A stretch of 64,000 nt of DNA from Patescibacteria group bacterium (GTDB lineage Bacteria > Patescibacteriota > Microgenomatia > UBA8517), in assembly GCA_035692185.1 (NCBI GenBank), contig DASSIE010000010.1:2879-66878 (forward strand). Reading direction: 5' to 3'. The position numbers were made by a program, and so were the translations under genes. Shown one piece after another: positions 1-8,842 of this stretch. The notes under the pieces are model-generated. The model was not told the origin of the DNA. It saw nothing but the letters and a program-made list of their open reading frames with translations, and did not search any database. Positions within the stretch are counted from its first letter, which is position 1. Each line of letters starts with the position of its first letter.

Positions 1-1011
1 GTACTTCTTTTTGGCTTGTTTATTTTGGGTATTAAAAAATTGTATTTTGATAAGGACCGAAAGATATTAATAATATTCATATTCTCGCTACTGATCTCTC
101 TCTCAATTTTCATACCCCAAAGTAGGTCCGCATCGCAACTTCTTGAAGTTAACCCAATGTGGTTAGTAAATACCATGATTGATGCAGGGGACAGAGTTGG
201 GATACCTGATTTTACTGCGAAAAGATTTGCTTATCTCGGAGGCCGTGAATGGTTTAAGTTTTCAATCATAGAAATAATTGGTTTAATAATATTTTTTGTT
301 GGCAATCTAGGGACAAGAATTATCGTAATTTTTGCAATAAAGAAAAGCCAGTTAAAAAGTGACCTGTTTATTTTAATATTTTCAATGATGACGATTTCTT
401 TTATACCAATTATAATTTTTACCCAAAAAGGCAACCCTTGGAATATAATTCAATTCTTTTATTATTTTATTTATTTTGCTGGACTAATGGCAGCTTACAG
501 TTTAAGAAGAATGCCTCTAGTACTTGCTATCTTAATTATCGCCGTTACCCCAATTAGCTCTATCTCTACATTTAGAAGCTGGTTATATCCAAATCCACCT
601 GCATATTTATCAATCAAAGAATCTGAGGCTTTAAATTACCTGTCAAAGAAACCAGAGGGAATAGTGCTTAAACATCCATTTGATAATATATTAAGAGATA
701 GGTTTAAAGACCCATTTCCAATTGCTGTGTATGCGGATAGCATATACGTATCAGCGTTTTCCGGCAAAAGTGTTTTTATTGAAGATGTAGAACAGCAAAT
801 AGTGTTAAATACCGATTATAAAAACAGGCTTGCTGACGCAAACAGGTTTTTTATTGAAAAAGATTTAAAATGGTCAAATAAATTCTTAATCGATAACAAT
901 ATTAGATATATTTATCTGCCAAAAATTTACAAGCTACCTATGGCAGAAGCGGAATACTCAATGGTCAAGATTTTTGAGAATGAAGATGCTAATATTTACA
1001 AAGTAATATGA
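1..1011 (+). CDS. Polytopic membrane protein, 5'-partial (C-terminal part; paralog of 2739..4631)
   Basis: Frame is open to position 1 (ORF track starts at a TTG), so the gene begins upstream of the window. Multiple hydrophobic helices. The C-terminal soluble region (ESEALNYLSKKPEGIVLKHP...IYLPKIYKLP...VKIFENEDANIYKVI) parallels the C-terminus of the 2739..4631 minus-strand protein (SKNELEALRFVKEN...VYFPKIQKPN...LIFENSDVEVWKAN). Confidence 0.4.
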   Translation, partial: VLLFGLFILGIKKLYFDKDRKILIIFIFSLLISLSIFIPQSRSASQLLEVNPMWLVNTMIDAGDRVGIPDFTAKRFAYLGGREWFKFSIIEIIGLIIFFVGNLGTRIIVIFAIKKSQLKSDLFILIFSMMTISFIPIIIFTQKGNPWNIIQFFYYFIYFAGLMAAYSLRRMPLVLAILIIAVTPISSISTFRSWLYPNPPAYLSIKESEALNYLSKKPEGIVLKHPFDNILRDRFKDPFPIAVYADSIYVSAFSGKSVFIEDVEQQIVLNTDYKNRLADANRFFIEKDLKWSNKFLIDNNIRYIYLPKIYKLPMAEAEYSMVKIFENEDANIYKVI

Positions 1012-2189
1012 CAACACAAATAAAGAAACTATTAGTGCTGGCAATATTTTTACGCCTATTAGTAGCAGGGTTTTTATTTCACCCTGATATAAAAACGATA
1101 AACTTTCAGACTTCATTTTTAAAACATGGAGTTTTTAATATCTATTCCTATTTAGTCGAAAACAAAAAGACTCTACCGCTTAAAGATAATTTTGTTTACT
1201 TTCCACTTACATATTTTACAGTTGGAGGATACCAGTGGTTAGCATCTCCAATTTTAGGAAAAGGTTTTGATTTATGGCTTTCTGATGCTGGTTCAAATTC
1301 AGTAGTCACAAATTCCAATATTTTTAAATACTTAATTTTGTTAAAATTGCCACTTCTGGCAATGGATATTGCGATTGCGTTTCTTCTAATGAGGTTCTTT
1401 GAAACACGTGAGGATAAAGAGAAGGCGTTTATTTTCTGGCTTTTTAATCCATTTACAATAATTATCATTTATGCGTTCTCAAATATAGATATATTTTCGG
1501 TAAGTTTAACTCTTCTTTCATTTTTAATGATCAAAAAGGAAAAACTAATTTTGGCATCTTTTTTATTGGGAATCGCTGCAGGATTTAAATTATACCCACT
1601 ACTTTTTGTTCCCTTTCTCTTTTTATCAGGTCGTAATTTAAAAGAAAAAATGCTTTTAAGCGTTATTCCCCTAGTTACATTTGGACTAGTAATATTTCCG
1701 TTTGTTTCTCCTGCGTTTTTTCAGTCGGCCTTAGTTTCAGGTCTTACAACTGGGATTTTTATGTCGGATTTTGCGGTATTGGCCTTGTCGCTTCTATTTT
1801 TCTATGCCGTGTTAATTGACAAGAAAATTAATACATTTAATTATTGGATCATACTGTTTCTAATAATTTTTTCGTTTGCATTATTTCATATTCAATGGCT
1901 ACTTTGGATCGCCCCGTTTTTAACTATATTGGCAGTTAAAAATTTAAAGCTTTCCTGGGTTATTATTATTTTAAGTATTTTGGCATTTTTAGTCCCCATG
2001 CTTTATGAAGACAGATATATGACGATTTCTCTATTTAGAGTTTATAGCACTTGGTATGATTTGCTTCCCACTCCGTTTGTTTTTATTCAGAAGGTCTACG
2101 ATCCAAGTAATTTACAAAATGTGATTCATTCTGCTTTTGCCGGAGGAAGTCTGGTTATGATTTACAAACTTTTTAAAGAATCTGTATGA
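1008..2189 (+). CDS. Polytopic integral membrane protein, putative GT-C-like glycosyltransferase (DUF2029/GT87-like)
   Basis: 393 aa, about 10 hydrophobic segments. A conserved-looking loop (KDNFVYFPLTYFTVGGYQW) and FKLYPLLFVPFLFL resemble lipid-linked-sugar-dependent mannosyltransferase families. The start overlaps the upstream stop (ATGA coupling). Confidence 0.3.
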   Translation: MTTQIKKLLVLAIFLRLLVAGFLFHPDIKTINFQTSFLKHGVFNIYSYLVENKKTLPLKDNFVYFPLTYFTVGGYQWLASPILGKGFDLWLSDAGSNSVVTNSNIFKYLILLKLPLLAMDIAIAFLLMRFFETREDKEKAFIFWLFNPFTIIIIYAFSNIDIFSVSLTLLSFLMIKKEKLILASFLLGIAAGFKLYPLLFVPFLFLSGRNLKEKMLLSVIPLVTFGLVIFPFVSPAFFQSALVSGLTTGIFMSDFAVLALSLLFFYAVLIDKKINTFNYWIILFLIIFSFALFHIQWLLWIAPFLTILAVKNLKLSWVIIILSILAFLVPMLYEDRYMTISLFRVYSTWYDLLPTPFVFIQKVYDPSNLQNVIHSAFAGGSLVMIYKLFKESV

Positions 2190-2782
2190 AAAAATTAATT
2201 TGGTTTACAGCAATTTTTGTTCTATTTTTAGTTTTTATTGTTCCAGGAATCCTAGCACTTGGAATTAAGTTAATACCAAACGGAGATCAGCCTGGGTATG
2301 ATTCAAACAGACGATTAAGTATTTATGGGGTTAGAGCAGTAAGCCAAAAATTCGTATCAGATAAAAATAACTTGTCTGCAGTTGGGACCTCGCTAAGAAA
2401 TCCAAATTTAAAAAACAAGAAGAATATAATTTTCAATTTATATGATCTAAATAATAATTTAATTCGAACATCAATTTTAAATGGTCAAAATGTTCAAGAT
2501 GGTGACTTTACGAAGTTTGTATTTGATCCAATTAAAGACTCCAAAGACAAAGTTTATATTTTTAACATTTCCTCCCCCGAAACAGGTCCTGAAGAAACAA
2601 CAGAAGTTTTTTACGGGCAAGACATGCCCGCCTGGATAGTTGAATATATATATGATGAGAAAATTCACACAGGAGGAATACCTATCGTCTTATATACAAA
2701 ACCCAACAGTAAATTTGAAGTAATAAAAGAAATTTATTCTAATTGGCTTTCCAGACTTCTACATCTGAATTCTCAAAGATAA
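2186..2782 (+). CDS. Membrane-anchored protein of unknown function (N-terminal TM, extracytoplasmic domain)
   Basis: 198 aa with a single N-terminal hydrophobic helix (LIWFTAIFVLFLVFIVPGILALGI) followed by a polar N/K/D-rich domain. I recognise no catalytic motif. The start overlaps the upstream stop. Confidence 0.3.
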   Translation: MKKLIWFTAIFVLFLVFIVPGILALGIKLIPNGDQPGYDSNRRLSIYGVRAVSQKFVSDKNNLSAVGTSLRNPNLKNKKNIIFNLYDLNNNLIRTSILNGQNVQDGDFTKFVFDPIKDSKDKVYIFNISSPETGPEETTEVFYGQDMPAWIVEYIYDEKIHTGGIPIVLYTKPNSKFEVIKEIYSNWLSRLLHLNSQR

Positions 2783-4631
2783 GTGATAAACCAATTTCCC
2801 TTGGACTTATATTTGGCTTTTGAATCTTCGGAAAATAAACTATATTTGCGTTTGTTTTAGAAAAAGCCTTATCAACATCGCTCGCCCCTTTGCTTTCGAA
2901 AAATAACCTTTTTATTTCAAGTCTACTTTTGTAATCATATCCCATTATGTCGTTTTGTTCGTAATCGTCCATATAAACTCTTCTTGAACTAAAGGTTGGT
3001 ATATATGAAGTGTCAAACCAATCCCAGATATTTGGGGTAGAATCTTTTAGGTTAAGGTCTGAGTTATATGGCGGGGTTAAGATAACATCGTTTTCATTTG
3101 TATTTTCTTTAACAAACCTTAAAGCTTCTAATTCGTTTTTTGATATTTTTGCAAATGCAGGACGTGAATATAGTTCATGATACAAACCAGCTTGAGTAGG
3201 AACCATCAGAACAACCAATAATGTGGAAAACAAAATCTGATAAACAGGGTACTTGAGTAGTTTTAAAGAATAATTTGTCGAAATTCCAGCTAATATTCCA
3301 AATAGTAATACAAAATACTGTAAGAATTGACTAGTGTTGCCCGCAACTCCCCTTTGTAGAAAAAGTAGTGGGAGAACTATAGATAAAATTATTACGAGCA
3401 TAAAAATTAAAGAAAAGTAATTTTTGAAAGATAATTTTGCTTGTTTTATAAAATCAAATAGCCCTATAAACCTCATACCCAAATTCCCAAAGAAGAAAAT
3501 TGTAAGTCCCAACCCTTCCAAAAAAATTACTCTTTTTAAGTTATGTTCATAAACATATGTCTGACGTTTTAATTCCCAATCTAAAAAGTTCAAGCGAGAC
3601 GGTTCAACAATCATTGTTCTTATGTACCACCATGGCTGAAATATTAAAAATGATGCTCCACCAGAAGAGTTTGGAAAATATAAGATAGCAGCCAGTATTC
3701 CACTCAAAAAAGTAAGTAGAAGTAACTGTGGAGTTTTACGATCACCAGATTGCAAGCTTTGCTTATTTTTAATAAGTTGCCAAATTCCAGTCATCCCGAT
3801 CGCCAAAAGTAGAACAAAGCCGGCATATATCTTAAAAGCAGACAGGGTTCCAAGGAGAAGAACACAAATTGCAAAGTTGAGCTTCCCCTTTTCCCTTAGT
3901 AGTTTTAGAAGAAAATATAGCCCAGTTAAAACCAAAAAGTTAGATATTATTTGTGGTGGGTTTCCGCTTGAACTTTGGGGTTGGGTGGCCCAGAAAATAC
4001 TTTCTCCAGCAATAGTTTTATTTTTAAGGTAGGTAACTATAAAACCAAAACTTCCAGCAAAATACGTAAATACAACAGCCCAAATACTTGCACCGAAACT
4101 ACCTGTCATTCTTTTCGTCAAATAGAATGCAGAAGCACCTAAAAACAGAGAGTAAATTAGCGGAAACACTCTAAAATATAAATCTAAATTAGATATTGGG
4201 GTATATTTGCTAACCATTGCCGGTAAAACATCAGAAAAGAAATGATAATTTACAAGTTTTTGTCCTGCAAAACTTGGATTTTGAAGCGGATATCCCTTTT
4301 TAATTTCTTCCATTAAGGCAATATGCCAAGTAGCGTCATGTCCATGTGCACTCCAAAAAACAAGGTCACCATTTTGATAGGTTCCACTTGGCGAAATCAC
4401 TGCAAGCTGTATGGCAATTCCAACCACAAAAACTAAAATCGTTATAATGGTTTGGAAATCAAACTTTAATCTAATATTTCTAACCTCAGCGATAAAAGGT
4501 TTATATATCCAGATTGTAAGAATTATCGATATAGGAATAATTAGAAAAGGAATGTGTAAAACTATAAAGATGTATGAAAGTAGAGTAAGAGCTACAAAAC
4601 CGACTATTCCACCCATTAGTAATTTCTCCAT
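2739..4631 (-). CDS. Polytopic membrane protein, putative GT-C-like glycosyltransferase (paralog of 1..1011)
   Basis: 630 aa, many TM helices, then a C-terminal soluble domain sharing motifs with ORF 1..1011. Its 3' end overlaps that of the convergent 2186..2782 gene. Confidence 0.4.
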   Translation of the reverse strand: MEKLLMGGIVGFVALTLLSYIFIVLHIPFLIIPISIILTIWIYKPFIAEVRNIRLKFDFQTIITILVFVVGIAIQLAVISPSGTYQNGDLVFWSAHGHDATWHIALMEEIKKGYPLQNPSFAGQKLVNYHFFSDVLPAMVSKYTPISNLDLYFRVFPLIYSLFLGASAFYLTKRMTGSFGASIWAVVFTYFAGSFGFIVTYLKNKTIAGESIFWATQPQSSSGNPPQIISNFLVLTGLYFLLKLLREKGKLNFAICVLLLGTLSAFKIYAGFVLLLAIGMTGIWQLIKNKQSLQSGDRKTPQLLLLTFLSGILAAILYFPNSSGGASFLIFQPWWYIRTMIVEPSRLNFLDWELKRQTYVYEHNLKRVIFLEGLGLTIFFFGNLGMRFIGLFDFIKQAKLSFKNYFSLIFMLVIILSIVLPLLFLQRGVAGNTSQFLQYFVLLFGILAGISTNYSLKLLKYPVYQILFSTLLVVLMVPTQAGLYHELYSRPAFAKISKNELEALRFVKENTNENDVILTPPYNSDLNLKDSTPNIWDWFDTSYIPTFSSRRVYMDDYEQNDIMGYDYKSRLEIKRLFFESKGASDVDKAFSKTNANIVYFPKIQKPNISPREIGLSLIFENSDVEVWKAN

Positions 4632-4658
4632 GGGTAAATTATACTATATATAACTTAT

Positions 4659-6104
4659 ATGATACGCAAAACGACATTAATACTTATTGGGATTGTTTTT
4701 TTTGGCTTTTTGCTGCGAGCTTATAGAATTACATCACTTCCAATGTATGGCGACGAGCTTACGATGGTATATGACACTTATTCTATCCTTAAAACCGGAA
4801 TGGACGCGACAGGTGAGCGTATGCCACTTACATTTAGAATGGGAGCGGGGCGACCTGGAGGATATATTTATGCCTCAATTCCATTTGTGAGCATTTTTGG
4901 CCCAACCGAACTTGGCATAAGATCATTATCTGTTTTGTCTGGTTTAGGAATAATAGTTTTAATGTTCTTTTTGGCTAAAAAGCTGTTTGATAATGAGAAA
5001 ATAGGACTTATTGCTAGCTTTTTGACATCAATTTCGATGTGGGATATCTATCTCTCAAGAGGTGGTTTTGAAGCGCACTTCGCCCTCTTATTAGCCTTAC
5101 TTGGAGTTACAGCCTTTATATATAGTAAATATTTAATTTGGGCGATCGCTTGGGGACTAACAATATTTACATATCCAACATTTAAATTAACCCTCCCAAT
5201 AATTTTTCCATTATTAATTTGGTTTTGGGAACATAAATTTGGAGAACATAAATTTGGAGTACATAAAACAATAGTTAAAAATAAATTATTTGTTGCATCT
5301 TTGATAGTTCTGACGCTTTTTGGAGTGTTGGTAATTCGTGAATCTTTAAAGGGAAGAAGCGAAGAGCGTTTTTTGAGTTCGAATATTTTCTCTGACTCAG
5401 GAATGAAGGAGCAACTAATTCAAAAGATAAATGACGAGCGAAACCTATCTAGTCTTCCAAAATTTATTAAACCAGTCTTTTACAATAGACCTTACGAATA
5501 TTTTAGAATCGTATCAGAAAATTATATTGATAATTTGTCACCCGGATTCCTTTTTCTTAGGGGTGATGGTAATCCAAGACACAATTCGGGAGAGTGGGGA
5601 ATGTTATATTTTATAGAATTCCCGATTTTACTGGTTGGAATATATAAACTTTGGATTGAAAAAAAGAAAGACATAATTTTTCTTGGAGGGTGGATTCTCA
5701 TTACACCCCTGGCGACAATGCTAATGGGTGAACCGCACGCCTTAAGAAGCGATTTTATGCTACCGCCAATACTATTGATAACTTCATATACTTTATCGAA
5801 ATTCACCAGAAAACAATTTTATTTTATTTTCGGACTGATGTTTTTACAACTCATTCTTATACTAAACGCGATTTATTTTTTGTCTCCGAACAAATTTGCA
5901 AGTTTTTGGTCGGCAGATGCAAAAACCGAGTCATTGAAGGCAATTAATAGTTCAAAAAAAGATAAAAAAGTTACACTTTCTACAAAAATAGATAATATCG
6001 AATATGCGTATGAAGTTTATGCAAAAATAGATCCGAACTTGGTTATATCTCAATATGGAAAATTCCCAAAAGTTTTTGGGAGTGTTTTGATAGTGGATAA
6101 GTAA
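4659..6104 (+). CDS. GT39/GT83-like (PMT/ArnT-type) polyprenol-phosphate-sugar dependent membrane glycosyltransferase
   Basis: N-terminus LRAYRITSLPMYGDELTMVYDTYSILKTGMDATGERMPLTFRMG carries the DE motif in the first extracytoplasmic loop, as in PMT/ArnT-type GT-C enzymes. About 10 TM helices. Contains an in-frame 15-bp tandem duplication (EHKFGEHKFG). Confidence 0.55.
   Translation: MIRKTTLILIGIVFFGFLLRAYRITSLPMYGDELTMVYDTYSILKTGMDATGERMPLTFRMGAGRPGGYIYASIPFVSIFGPTELGIRSLSVLSGLGIIVLMFFLAKKLFDNEKIGLIASFLTSISMWDIYLSRGGFEAHFALLLALLGVTAFIYSKYLIWAIAWGLTIFTYPTFKLTLPIIFPLLIWFWEHKFGEHKFGVHKTIVKNKLFVASLIVLTLFGVLVIRESLKGRSEERFLSSNIFSDSGMKEQLIQKINDERNLSSLPKFIKPVFYNRPYEYFRIVSENYIDNLSPGFLFLRGDGNPRHNSGEWGMLYFIEFPILLVGIYKLWIEKKKDIIFLGGWILITPLATMLMGEPHALRSDFMLPPILLITSYTLSKFTRKQFYFIFGLMFLQLILILNAIYFLSPNKFASFWSADAKTESLKAINSSKKDKKVTLSTKIDNIEYAYEVYAKIDPNLVISQYGKFPKVFGSVLIVDK
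5229..5267 (+). repeat. 15-bp perfect tandem duplication (gaacataaatttgga x2 plus partial third copy) inside CDS
   Basis: Read directly: 5229-5243 and 5244-5258 are identical, followed by gtacataaa. Encodes EHKFG-EHKFG-VHK in frame. Confidence 0.9.
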
Positions 6105-6111
6105 ACATGAT

Positions 6112-7788
6112 TTACTGCGGAGAAACAATAAAATAAGCTGCGTTACCGTTTGTTAAATAAATCTTTTTAAGAAGCTCACCTTTCTTGAGATCTTTTTCAG
6201 GCAAGTTCCACGGACTACCAACGAACAAAACCCCCTTTTTGAATTTATCATCTCCCCATTCAATATGTCTAAATGTGTATTTATCAAATTTAAAATACGG
6301 ACTCTCAATATCTGTTCCCAGGGTTTTAGTCTCATCTTGATACCTCTTAGGGTCATATTTTAAATAAAAACGAACATATAGAAATGGATTAGCAACCATG
6401 TTTGGTGCATCAACACCATGTCGTTGGTCAAAAACAATCTCTTTATAATCATCTTGATGCTTTCCGATATAGAGAACTGCTTGTTTTAAACCTTCGTCGT
6501 AATATTCTCCCCTATCTCTTGGAAAATGTACTGAAAAAACCAGAAAAGCATGTATTAGATTTATGATGATAAATAAACCGTATAAAGAACTAATTAAAAA
6601 TTTTAAATATTTGTAGTTAACTGTTTTTATCCATTTAATAAATTCAATAAGTCCCAAAGTTGTTATTAATAATAGAATTGGGCCTATATGAAGAAGCCTA
6701 CCTCCATGCTGCTGATTATTGGTTAATGAGTCAGGAATAATTCCAACCAATAACCAAATAATAAAGATATTCTTATGTGGAATCTGTTTTTTAATAAAGG
6801 AAAATATACCCAGAATAAGCCAGGGTATTTCAAAAATATACAAAAGCCCCAAGCCAAAAATGTCGTATGTTGTCATGTGTAGACCGTTAAAGAAAAGAAA
6901 ATCAAAATCGATATAATTTAGATATCTTTTAAGCCAAAATATAAACAGAAGCGGTAAATCATTTATAGAATCAAAATATTTTACCAAGACATAACGGCTG
7001 AAATCGATATCATTACTTATTAGGACCATTGACAGTCTGGTTCCAGCTCCTTGGAAAAATGTCGAATAAATAAGTGGACTAACCAGTAAGAGACAAGTAA
7101 ATAAAAATAGTGCTAACCATTTGTAATTACCTTTTAATTTTTTGATATTAAAGGCAACTACTATACCTATAAATAACGGTACAAAAAACCTTTGCGCAAA
7201 AGAAGTGTACATTGTTAGTACTAAGAAAAAAGCAGACAGTAAAGAAAACCACCTTTTCCCGTCAAGAAACATCATGTAAAACCAGATGCCGAGGAATGCG
7301 AAAAGACTACCAATCAAAGGTTCATACGCAAACCTTGAGTAAAATATAAACCATGCGGAAACTGCCATTAAAAAAGATCCAACAAATGCAAGTTTTTTGT
7401 CTTTTAATATATATAGTAAAAAAAGATAAAAGATTGGAATAAATATAGTTCCAAAAAAAGCATTTGGAAATCTTACAGCAAAATCGGTTAAGCCAAGTGC
7501 CTTTATGGGTAGTAACATTAAATAAGCTGGTACTGGGTTTTTGTAGTCACCAACAGACTTAAAAACTAAAGGCAAAAATTTTCCAAATTCATCCCTGCCG
7601 GTTTTAAGTATTGAATACGCTGAATAACCAAAAGATATTTCGTCCCCGTTAAGGCTTGGAGGGTTTGCCGCAATTTTGTAGAACCTTAAAAATCCACCCA
7701 AAAAAGTAATTCCAAATAATATTAGTAAAGTTGTTAATATATTTTTCTTCATATTTTTACGGTTCTGTAATTTGGTATTTATCACCAA
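6112..7788 (-). CDS. GT39/GT83-like (PMT/ArnT-type) membrane glycosyltransferase
   Basis: N-terminus FLRFYKIAANPPSLNGDEISFGYSAYSILKTGRDEFGKFLPLVFKSVGDYKNP is the same signature as the + strand paralogs. Polytopic. The C-terminal domain motif (YLKYDPKRY...) is conserved with the paralogs. Confidence 0.55.
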   Translation of the reverse strand: MVINTKLQNRKNMKKNILTTLLILFGITFLGGFLRFYKIAANPPSLNGDEISFGYSAYSILKTGRDEFGKFLPLVFKSVGDYKNPVPAYLMLLPIKALGLTDFAVRFPNAFFGTIFIPIFYLFLLYILKDKKLAFVGSFLMAVSAWFIFYSRFAYEPLIGSLFAFLGIWFYMMFLDGKRWFSLLSAFFLVLTMYTSFAQRFFVPLFIGIVVAFNIKKLKGNYKWLALFLFTCLLLVSPLIYSTFFQGAGTRLSMVLISNDIDFSRYVLVKYFDSINDLPLLFIFWLKRYLNYIDFDFLFFNGLHMTTYDIFGLGLLYIFEIPWLILGIFSFIKKQIPHKNIFIIWLLVGIIPDSLTNNQQHGGRLLHIGPILLLITTLGLIEFIKWIKTVNYKYLKFLISSLYGLFIIINLIHAFLVFSVHFPRDRGEYYDEGLKQAVLYIGKHQDDYKEIVFDQRHGVDAPNMVANPFLYVRFYLKYDPKRYQDETKTLGTDIESPYFKFDKYTFRHIEWGDDKFKKGVLFVGSPWNLPEKDLKKGELLKKIYLTNGNAAYFIVSPQ

Positions 7789-8842
7789 AATATCTTTCGG
7801 CCCTAATTTTTTCTCGATGTTGCAAATCGTTTAATACAGTGAGCGATTGGAATATTATTAAAATAATTGTAAGAGAGAGTAAATACTTTGTTGATCTGTT
7901 TTTAGCTTCAAATAAAATATTAATGCCATGAGAAATGATAAACAGCACTATTGGAAAAAATAAAATTAAACGATTTAACGGAGCAAATTCGTTTGCAAGA
8001 ATAGCAGGAACAACTAAAACAGTTGAGATAAATAATAATTTTACAGTCTCTTTTTTTTGGAGTAACTTATATAAACCAAAGCCAAACGGTATTATAAAAC
8101 CAAATAAAATTGGCGGACTAAATGAGAAACCTAAAAGTTTATATTCGGGTGTAAAAAAGGCGATTGGACTTAAGAGCGTCGTATAGCGCAATACCAGCGA
8201 TTCTGCAAAGAATATATACTTATTTTCAGAAATTCTAGCTAAGTTTTTGAAACCATCTTGGCTTGCATTGCCTTGATAACGATTAGCCGTATTAACGAGT
8301 GAAGGATCTTCAAATATTTTTACTTCGGCACTGAAGCTACTTACATTTATATTTATAAAAATAGGAAATGTTAGTATTGCCAAAAAAATCACAGAGGTTT
8401 TGATTTGATTGAAACTAACCAACTTCGAGATTAATAGTAATAATAAAATTAGAGGAATAAATATCAAGAAGATAGAAGATATGTACATTGCAATTCCTCC
8501 AGCTACAATAATCAAAATGTTTCCCAACTTTACCTTGTCATTATTAGTCAGAATCACTCCGTAAATAACGGCGAAGGTCAAAAAGAGTAAGAACAGGTAT
8601 AATGAATGTGCGTATGCCAGGTACCACCCCCATGGTGAAACAAGGTAGATTAAGGGAGCGATTAATGAAAAAGGTTTTTTAAACAATGTTTTACTAATTG
8701 CCCAAATAAGTAGTGGAATTAAAATTGGGTAAATAATATAAAAAATATCGTTAACATTGACAATCTTATGTATTAGTTCTGCAAAAAGAAAATTTTGGGC
8801 AGTATAATAAGGAATCATATATGACAAGATTATCATACCCAA
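7757..8842 (-). CDS. Polytopic integral membrane protein (unknown; possibly GT-C-like or polymerase-like)
   Basis: 361 aa, almost entirely hydrophobic helices. No recognisable soluble catalytic motif. Overlaps neighbours at both ends. Confidence 0.3.
   Translation of the reverse strand: MGMIILSYMIPYYTAQNFLFAELIHKIVNVNDIFYIIYPILIPLLIWAISKTLFKKPFSLIAPLIYLVSPWGWYLAYAHSLYLFLLFLTFAVIYGVILTNNDKVKLGNILIIVAGGIAMYISSIFLIFIPLILLLLLISKLVSFNQIKTSVIFLAILTFPIFININVSSFSAEVKIFEDPSLVNTANRYQGNASQDGFKNLARISENKYIFFAESLVLRYTTLLSPIAFFTPEYKLLGFSFSPPILFGFIIPFGFGLYKLLQKKETVKLLFISTVLVVPAILANEFAPLNRLILFFPIVLFIISHGINILFEAKNRSTKYLLSLTIILIIFQSLTVLNDLQHREKIRAERYFGDKYQITEP

Noticed and set aside
231-434. Short nested or antisense ORFs from the six-frame track (e.g. 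231..434, 1196..1468, 4411..4653, 6153..6356, 22254..22721, 25119..25412, 26042..26620, 31503..31820, 42816..43136, 59136..59582)
   Set aside because: All lie inside, and mostly antisense to, long ORFs with clear domain signatures. They are low-complexity translations typical of shadow ORFs in AT-rich DNA, with no motifs.
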